64,000 bases of DNA, taken from assembly GCA_963796965.1 (NCBI GenBank), contig CAWCNS010000008.1, positions 320,001 to 384,000 of the forward strand, given 5' to 3'. This DNA is from Calditrichia bacterium (GTDB lineage Bacteria > Calditrichota > Calditrichia > JAJRVZ01). Of the stretch, positions 63,853-64,000 are shown piece after piece. The notes below the pieces were generated by a model that was given only the letters and a program-made list of their open reading frames with translations, was not told the DNA's origin and searched no databases. Both the position numbers and the translations under genes were made by a program. Within the stretch, counting starts at the first letter, position 1, and each line of letters begins with the position of its first letter.

Positions 63853-64000
63853 ATGTCTTTGCCGGAGAACTTAATAATAGGAACAGCGTTCAGTAATGTT
63901 TACTAGATCACCACAACCAGCGGGAAGTAAAGCACGAATCAGGGCGATTACAAAGAACTTTTTTCTTCACTTTCATTCCCCAAAAATACATGCATATACC
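63853..64000 (+). CDS. Cytochrome b/b6 N-terminus (partial, frameshift near 63900)
   Basis: ...KARIRAITKNFFLHFHSPKIHAYT. NFFLH.H is typical of cytochrome b subunits following Rieske genes. Confidence 0.6.

Overview
Bacterial window of roughly 40% GC (estimated by eye). Many proteins look Bacteroidota-like, but the promoters are canonical sigma70 (TTGACA-17-TATATT) with GGAG Shine-Dalgarno sites, so I infer an FCB-group organism outside Bacteroidota (Calditrichota/KSB1-like). Bases 1-40 kb are a mostly minus-strand carbohydrate/acid-sugar catabolic region without SusD. It encodes a TonB-dependent receptor, SSS and NRAMP-like transporters, three DapA/NanA-family enzymes, a split and a full-length transketolase, a gluconate 5-dehydrogenase-like SDR, a sulfatase, PhoD, an Asp-box sialidase-fold protein, GH106, a beta-helix protein, a URO-D/MtaA-like protein, two paralogous ~950-aa FG-GAP proteins, several unknown secreted proteins, and TetR and IclR regulators. 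Two palindromic operators each occur twice over sigma70 promoters. Bases 40-64 kb carry mixed functions: ZnuA-like, HdeD, zwf-pgl, an Fe-S protein, a GT-C glycosyltransferase, a diheme cytochrome c peroxidase, an RND system, beta-carbonic anhydrase, a Y1 transposase with REP-like flanks, an octaheme-TPR protein and the start of a Rieske/cytochrome b operon. Most of the longer intergenic spaces hold a palindromic element from one of several repeat families, some nested, including a 210-bp MITE with a 4-bp TSD inserted in a hairpin loop. Many frameshifts, concentrated at 45-58.7 kb, are most likely long-read indel errors. No rRNA, tRNA or CRISPR array was seen.
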